Positions 1 through 7,718 of a DNA stretch of 7,718 nucleotides are shown here, piece by piece. The stretch is from Candidatus Odinarchaeota archaeon (lineage in GTDB: Archaea; Asgardarchaeota; Odinarchaeia; Odinarchaeales; Odinarchaeaceae): positions 1-7,718 of the forward strand of contig JAWBON010000055.1 of assembly GCA_038826135.1 (NCBI GenBank). Reading direction: 5' to 3'. Positions within the stretch are counted from its first letter, which is position 1; each line of letters begins with the position of its first letter. The notes under the pieces were generated by a model. The model did not search any database. It had not been told where the DNA came from and saw nothing but the letters and a program-made list of their open reading frames with translations. The position numbers and the translations under genes were made by a program.

Positions 1-887
1 ATATCCACTGGCAGTGGGTTGAATATGCTTGAAACCGCTTCTAAAGTTAACTTGCCTGTTTCGAATAAAAGGTTGCCTTCCGTTACTTGTTGTATGCTTT
101 TAACCTGCTTTTCTTCAACTTTTTTTGTTCTCTGGGGTGTGAAGCAACAGTATCCTATTTCCTGGAATTGCTCCTCTATTTCATTCCACTCGTTTTCTTC
201 AATCACTTTTAAAGCGGTTGGGAACAGGATCTTGTTTTCTTTTGTAAAGTGGCTTAACAACATATCATTTAATTTTATATTGGCGTCTGCAAGTTGATTT
301 AAAAATTGCTTGGAATCTTTATTTGAATATTCTTCAACGATTTTATATATTGATTTTTTCAACTCTCTTATTTTATCATGTTCCATCCACATTATTGCAG
401 GTGGTTGGGTTACCCCTTTTTTTTCTAAATACGGGAATAAAGTGTTTTCCTCTCTCTGATAATGTTTTTCAGATTCTTTGAAGTGTTTTACTATGTTTTC
501 TATCTCGTTTAGTGTTTGCTCTTTTTTAATCTTGTTATTTAAACTGTTTTCGATTGTTTTTCTAAGTTTTTCAGGGAATTGTAGCATTATCTTGTGTTCT
601 TCCATTAGGATTCTTATCGGATGGCCTTCAGGGGCTATGGCCTCCTCTTTTTCTAACGTTTCTTTAAAAACTTCTAAGTGGATGTCACAGAATTTTTGTA
701 GTTCTTCTCTACTCATCCCCTCGTTTACCAGTTCTTCCTCTATAGCGGCTATTTCAGGCGGTTTAAGCTCGCATACTATTTTTCTAAGTTCTTTTTTTAT
801 TTGAGGTGACTGAGGGTTTTTATGTAATTCTTTTAGGAGGGTTTTTATTTGCCTCTTTTTTTCCTGAAGGCTTATTATTTCATGCAT
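1..887 (-). CDS. DUF438 + hemerythrin/HHE cation-binding + PAS-domain protein (COG2461-like), 3'-truncated by the window edge
   Basis: Manual translation of the minus strand from ATG 887 is open to base 1 (295 codons, no stop): MHEIISLQEKKRQIKTLLKELH...PPEIAAIEEELVNEGMSREELQKFCDIHLEVFKE (DUF438-type CDxH motif)...GHPIRILMEEHK...HYQREENTLFPYLEKKGVTQPPAIMWMEHDKIR...HFTKENKILFPTA...EW...EIGYCC...GKLTLEAVSSIFNPLPVD (typical lead-in to a PAS_10-type domain). AAGGTG SD-like motif 6 nt upstream. It is absent from the ORF track, presumably because it has no stop in the window. Confidence 0.9.
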   Translation of the reverse strand, partial: MHEIISLQEKKRQIKTLLKELHKNPQSPQIKKELRKIVCELKPPEIAAIEEELVNEGMSREELQKFCDIHLEVFKETLEKEEAIAPEGHPIRILMEEHKIMLQFPEKLRKTIENSLNNKIKKEQTLNEIENIVKHFKESEKHYQREENTLFPYLEKKGVTQPPAIMWMEHDKIRELKKSIYKIVEEYSNKDSKQFLNQLADANIKLNDMLLSHFTKENKILFPTALKVIEENEWNEIEEQFQEIGYCCFTPQRTKKVEEKQVKSIQQVTEGNLLFETGKLTLEAVSSIFNPLPVD

Positions 888-893
888 ATTCAA

Positions 894-899
894 CACCTT
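894..899 (-). promoter_or_regulatory. Shine-Dalgarno-like motif (AAGGTG) for the DUF438/hemerythrin gene
   Basis: The minus strand reads TAAGGTGTTGAAT-ATG. The motif resembles the archaeal GGAGGTGA consensus, with 6 nt spacing to ATG 887. Confidence 0.65.
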
Positions 900-913
900 A
901 TAACAGTGTTATA
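899..913. promoter_or_regulatory. Perfect 7-1-7 inverted repeat TATAACA-G-TGTTATA, candidate operator
   Basis: The palindrome is directly visible. It lies between the minus-strand TATA-like box (928-935) and the start codon at 887, over the predicted transcription start. Operator function is inferred. Confidence 0.5.
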
Positions 914-927
914 TTTGACACTTCTCA

Positions 928-944
928 TTTATAAATTATTCCCC
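928..944 (-). promoter_or_regulatory. Putative BRE + TATA promoter of the DUF438/hemerythrin gene
   Basis: The minus strand reads GGGGAATAA-TTTATAAA: a purine-rich BRE-like stretch followed by a TTTATAAA box. Usual archaeal spacing puts the TSS near 905, about 18 nt upstream of the ATG. Confidence 0.55.
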
Positions 945-978
945 TCCTTAAGTCTAGATTTAAAAGCAAGAACGCACT

Positions 979-994
979 ACTCTAATTTTAGAGT
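979..994. promoter_or_regulatory. Perfect 7-2-7 inverted repeat ACTCTAA-TT-TTAGAGT, candidate regulator site
   Basis: The palindrome is directly visible in the intergenic region between the two divergent promoter candidates. Function is inferred. Confidence 0.35.
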
Positions 995-1070
995 GTAAAC
1001 CAGTTATAATATGTTCGGCTTTCGTATAAGTTTAAAGCATCTGGTTGATAGTGTATTAAGAGACTGTCAG

Positions 1071-1086
1071 GGTAAAAATTATTAAG
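1071..1086 (+). promoter_or_regulatory. Putative BRE + TATA promoter of cdc48
   Basis: GGTAAAAA (BRE-like) is immediately followed by TTATTAAG (TATA-like), predicting a TSS near 1108-1112. Other A/T boxes at about 959, 1004 and 1031 are alternatives. Confidence 0.45.
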
Positions 1087-1175
1087 TCGCGTGATTACTA
1101 AATGTTACGATATTCGAAGCGGGTTAATACGGCTTGTGCTAGTTACCTGTCTGTTACTGAGTGTGTGAATGTTAA

Positions 1176-4509
<3,334 letters not shown>

Positions 4510-4510
<1 letters not shown>

Positions 4511-5694
4511 CAATCCGTTGACGCTAGGGGTTGTATCACTCTGCTAAGTCTTTCAGCAACTTGGTCAATCTGCTCTCTTGTTATCACCAGTGGAGGGAGT
4601 AATCTGAGTATGGTATTGCCGGATGTTAACACTAGTAGGCGCTCTTTCACAGCTTTTACTACGTAGGGTTTAGCTTTAGTTTTAAGCTCCACAGCGATCA
4701 TGAGTCCTAAACCTCTTATTTCACGGATAAGCCTGTTCTGGTCTAAGTGTTTATGCAGTTGTTGAAGGGCATATGCTCCCGTCTGAGCCGCTTTCTCCGA
4801 TAATCTCTCATTTCTAAGAATGTCGACAGCCGCTGAGACGGCTGCGCAAGCTAAAGGATTACCGCCGAACGTGCTGCCGTGATCTCCAGGCTTCATAGAA
4901 CCCCATATTTCATCCGAAGCCAGTGTAGCCCCTACGGGGACGCCTCCACCTATACCTTTTGCAAGGGCTAGGATGTCCGGGTTTACATTCCAATGCTGGC
5001 AGGCGAAGTCTTTTCCAGTTCTTCCGAATCCGGTTTGAACCTCGTCGAATATTAGTAGAATACCTTTTTTATTACATAATTCTCTAAGCTCTTTAAGATA
5101 TGTTGGTGGGGGAATTATCACACCGCTTTCGCCTTGAATAGGCTCCACTATCACAGCCGCTGTATCCTCGGTTACAGCTTTTTCTACTTTCTCCGCGTCT
5201 CCGTAATCGACGAATTTGAATCCTGGTAGTAACGGTTCGAACGGTTCTCTGTACTCGTTTTTCCATGTAGCTGAGAGTGCTCCTAGTGTTCTCCCGTGGA
5301 AGCCTTTAATCATGGTTATTATCTCTTTTTTACCTGTGTGTTTTCTAGCAAGTTTTATAGCTGTTTCAGTGGCTTCAGCCCCACTATTGCTGAAGAAAAT
5401 CTTTGTTAAACCTTTAGGTGCTATTTTAACAAGTTTCTCAGCGGCCTCAGCTCTGATATCGCTGTATAATACTCCAGGTACTGTTATGATTTTCGATATT
5501 TGGTTGCTGATAGCTTCGATTATTTTAGGATGGCTGTGGCCTAGTACGCATACGCCGTGTCCTCCAAGGCAGTCTATGTATTCCACGCCGTTTATATCCC
5601 AGACTAACGCTCCTCTCCCCTTAGTGATAACTACTTCGCGTTTCCCATACACGTTAGCTGTGTATTTATCTTCAAGGCTCATTATTTCACTCAT
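4510..5694 (-). CDS. lysJ: [LysW]-aminoadipate semialdehyde/glutamate semialdehyde transaminase (class III PLP, ArgD-like), 394 aa
   Basis: Motifs FSNSGAEA, GFHGRT, EPIQGESG, DEVQTGFGRTG, LAKGIGGG (PLP lysine) and STFGGNP. GGTGAT SD 5 nt upstream of ATG 5694. Positioned between lysZ and lysK. Confidence 0.9.
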
Positions 5695-6493
5695 TAGATA
5701 TCACCGTACAGTTCTCTCCAGTTAAAGCATTCGTTAACGGTTCAGCGGATTTACCGGAAGCTATTATGATTTTTCCAACTCCCATATCTAATGCTTCGCT
5801 TGTGGCTAGGATTTTCTTCTCCATTCCGAATCCTACCTGCTCTCTAAGCGTCGCTAACGTGTTTTTTGATATTTTATTTATTAGTTTCTTGTTTTTGTCG
5901 AGTACACCCTCCACGTCTGTTAGAAAAATTAATGTGTCTGCTTTAACAGCTCCCGCTACATTAGCTGCAGCACGGTCTGCATCTATATTTAGAGGTTCAT
6001 TCTCATAGCTTAAAGCTATTGGAGCTATTACAGGTATATACCCGTTTTTTAAAAGAAGTTCTAGTAGGGTTGGGTCGACTCTATCAACTTTCCCAGTGTA
6101 GCCGCCGTCTATCTTGATTATTTTATTATCTTTTTTAACTTTGAGAACTTTCTTTCTTTCAGCTATCATCTGTCTTCCATCTATACCTGTTAAGCCTACG
6201 GGTTTAAGCCCTTTTACTAGTAGAGCCTCAACCACTTTCTTGTTAGCTTTACCTGACATAACCATTTCAAAGATTTCCATTGTCTCTTTATCAGTGTACC
6301 TGCTTCTGGAGCCTGTCGGTGAGATTATGAATTCAGGTTTTTTACCAAGCTTCTCCGAAACTTCATTCACTATATTAGCTCCTCCGTGAACGTATACTAT
6401 TTCATTGTTAGCGGCTAGTTTAGCTGTGTCTGCGGCTATTGCGTCAAGCCCTCTTTTAATAATTTCTCCACCTATTTTGACTACGATTCTCAT
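5687..6493 (-). CDS. lysZ: [LysW]-aminoadipate/[LysW]-glutamate kinase (amino-acid kinase family, ArgB-like), 268 aa
   Basis: MRIVVKIGG, VHGG, RYTD, GLTGIDG, GGYTGKV, NIDADRAA, LTDVEGV. The ORF-track GTG start at 6502 falls inside the GGTGA SD motif (6499-6503), so ATG 6493 is preferred. Confidence 0.9.
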   Translation of the reverse strand: MRIVVKIGGEIIKRGLDAIAADTAKLAANNEIVYVHGGANIVNEVSEKLGKKPEFIISPTGSRSRYTDKETMEIFEMVMSGKANKKVVEALLVKGLKPVGLTGIDGRQMIAERKKVLKVKKDNKIIKIDGGYTGKVDRVDPTLLELLLKNGYIPVIAPIALSYENEPLNIDADRAAANVAGAVKADTLIFLTDVEGVLDKNKKLINKISKNTLATLREQVGFGMEKKILATSEALDMGVGKIIIASGKSAEPLTNALTGENCTVISNE

Positions 6494-6503
6494 ATTTTTC
6501 ACC

Positions 6504-7553
6504 TTAAGCTGGGTAAAGGCCGGGGAACTCTAAGCCTGTTGTCTCTTTGAAACCGTATCTTATATTCAAGTTTTGAACAGCAGGTCCAGCTGAACCCTTG
6601 ATAAGATTGTCGATTGCTGAGAATACCAGTAGCCTGTTAACATGAGTGTCGATTTCGAAACCTATATCACAGTAGTTGGATCCTATAACATACTTGGGGT
6701 TTGGTAGTTGGTAGTATCCTTTCGACATTTTCAGTATTCTAATGAAGGGTTCATCTTTATAGAATTCTCTGATTATGTTTCTAACCTCTAGTTCAGTTAC
6801 CTCTCTTGTTAGAAATGTGTGCATTGTGGATAGTATTCCTCTAACCATGTCTACAGCGTGGGGGGTGAACCCTATTTTTACCTCTTTTCCAGCTAGTAAT
6901 CCAAGCTCCTGCTCTATCTCAGCTAGATGACGGTGGCCAGTCACCTGGTAAGGTCTTACCACGTTCGCTCTTTCAGGATGATGCGTCATAAAATTGAAAC
7001 TTGCGCCAGCCGCGTCTGAACCTATCTTAGAGTCAGCTATTATATGATCTGTGTCTATTATGCCTGATTTAATAAATGGTGCTAAACCAAGTATTATCGA
7101 AGACGACAGGCATCCCGGGCATGCTATTAAATCAGCTTTCTTTATCTCCTCTCTGTGGAGTTCTGGAAGCCCGTATACTGCTTTCTCCAGATACTCGGGG
7201 GCTGTGTGGGGACAGTAATATTGCTCATATAATTCTTTTCTTCTCAGTCTGAAGTCAGCGCTAAGATCTATAACTTTTAAACCTGAAGAGAGTAGTTCAG
7301 GAACCTTATCCATTGAAGCCTTATGCGGTACGCATAGAAATATAACATCACAGGCTCTTGCTCTACTAGCATTATAGTCTTCGAATTTAAGTTTCGTAAT
7401 CTCTCTAAGATGCGGGTGTATGAAGCTGATTGGTTTACCCGCGTTCTGTCTAGAAGTAACATATACTAATTCAACCTCTGGGTGGAAGAGCAGTATTCTA
7501 AGCAGCTCTCCGCCCGTATAACCTGATCCTCCAATAACTCCTGCTTTTAACAT
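6504..7553 (-). CDS. lysY: [LysW]-aminoadipyl/glutamyl-phosphate reductase (ArgC-like), 349 aa
   Basis: Rossmann motif IGGSGYTGGELLRIL, DLSADFRL, VYGLPEL, catalytic CPGC, HPER...RPY...HRHLAEI, AIDNLIKG. AAGGTGA SD upstream. Confidence 0.92.
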   Translation of the reverse strand: MLKAGVIGGSGYTGGELLRILLFHPEVELVYVTSRQNAGKPISFIHPHLREITKLKFEDYNASRARACDVIFLCVPHKASMDKVPELLSSGLKVIDLSADFRLRRKELYEQYYCPHTAPEYLEKAVYGLPELHREEIKKADLIACPGCLSSSIILGLAPFIKSGIIDTDHIIADSKIGSDAAGASFNFMTHHPERANVVRPYQVTGHRHLAEIEQELGLLAGKEVKIGFTPHAVDMVRGILSTMHTFLTREVTELEVRNIIREFYKDEPFIRILKMSKGYYQLPNPKYVIGSNYCDIGFEIDTHVNRLLVFSAIDNLIKGSAGPAVQNLNIRYGFKETTGLEFPGLYPA

Positions 7554-7554
7554 T

Positions 7555-7718
7555 TTATTTTTTCACCTTTTCAACTAAATAATCTATTATAGCACCTGGG
7601 ACATCTATCCCAGTTGCTGCAACCGTGTTTCTATACTCTGTTGTATGATTTAATTCATGGACAACGTAACCGTTAGGTGTCTCCATTAAATCAACACCGA
7701 ACACACCTTCACCTATAG
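7555..7718 (-). CDS. lysX: C-terminal end of alpha-aminoadipate--LysW ligase (RimK-family ATP-grasp), 5'-truncated by the window edge
   Basis: Manual translation from 7716: IGEGVFGVDLMETPNGYVVHELNHTTEYRNTVAATGIDVPGAIIDYLVEKVKK* (GVD...ExN ATP-grasp tail). The stop at 7555-7557 is 1 nt from the lysY ATG. Not in the ORF track. Confidence 0.85.
   Translation of the reverse strand, partial: IGEGVFGVDLMETPNGYVVHELNHTTEYRNTVAATGIDVPGAIIDYLVEKVKK
7563..7569 (-). promoter_or_regulatory. Shine-Dalgarno AAGGTGA for lysY, embedded in the lysX 3' end
   Basis: The minus strand reads AAGGTGAAAAAATAAA-ATG. The same GGTGA core precedes lysZ (6499-6503) and lysJ (5701-5705). Confidence 0.65.

Noticed and set aside
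5-17. Palindrome CCACTG-G-CAGTGG
   Set aside because: Falls inside the coding sequence (Pro-Leu-Pro-Val region) and is short enough to be chance.
19-804. ORF-track + strand ORFs 19..297 and 478..804
   Set aside because: Antisense shadows (Ser/Phe/Ile-rich) of the motif-bearing minus-strand hemerythrin-PAS gene.
417-863. Slippery-looking A runs on the minus strand (A-AAA-AAG near codons 9-11; an A8 run at 417-424)
   Set aside because: The reading frame is intact, I saw no stimulatory structure or useful alternative frame, and Lys/Glu-rich AT-rich genes produce such runs routinely.
1011-1085. 24-codon intergenic ORF MFGFRISLKHLVDSVLRDCQGKNY
   Set aside because: No SD, it overlaps the best cdc48 TATA candidate, and its length is expected by chance. 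Only Ribo-seq or conservation could rescue it.
6580-7030. LysY motif variants GSDAAG and GSAGPAVQ, differing from remembered consensus (GSSxAG, GxAGQA)
   Set aside because: The consensus is recalled rather than computed and natural variation is likely. The catalytic Cys and Rossmann motifs are intact.
7277-7462. 61-aa minus-strand ORF
   Set aside because: Alternative frame inside lysY with no motif or ribosome-binding signal.

Overview
Archaeal chromosomal window, judged from GGTGA/GGAGGT Shine-Dalgarno motifs, BRE/TATA-like promoters, an archaeal-type Cdc48 and a LysW-dependent pathway; the lineage cannot be fixed from sequence alone. Left to right: (1) a minus-strand gene missing from the ORF track (887 running off the left edge), encoding a DUF438 + hemerythrin(HHE)-like + PAS-start protein with a complete 4-His/2-Glu putative di-iron ligand set; (2) a ~315-bp divergent intergenic region with two TATA-like boxes and two perfect 7-bp-arm palindromes; (3) cdc48/VAT AAA+ ATPase on the + strand, whose stop codon overlaps the stop of (4) a tightly coupled minus-strand operon lysX(3' end)-lysY-lysZ-lysJ-lysK for LysW-carrier lysine biosynthesis via alpha-aminoadipate, possibly also ornithine/arginine. 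No tRNA, rRNA, CRISPR array, intein or mobile element was seen. Most of the window is recognisable housekeeping. The least-explained part is the putative di-iron/PAS sensor gene and its regulatory region opposite cdc48.
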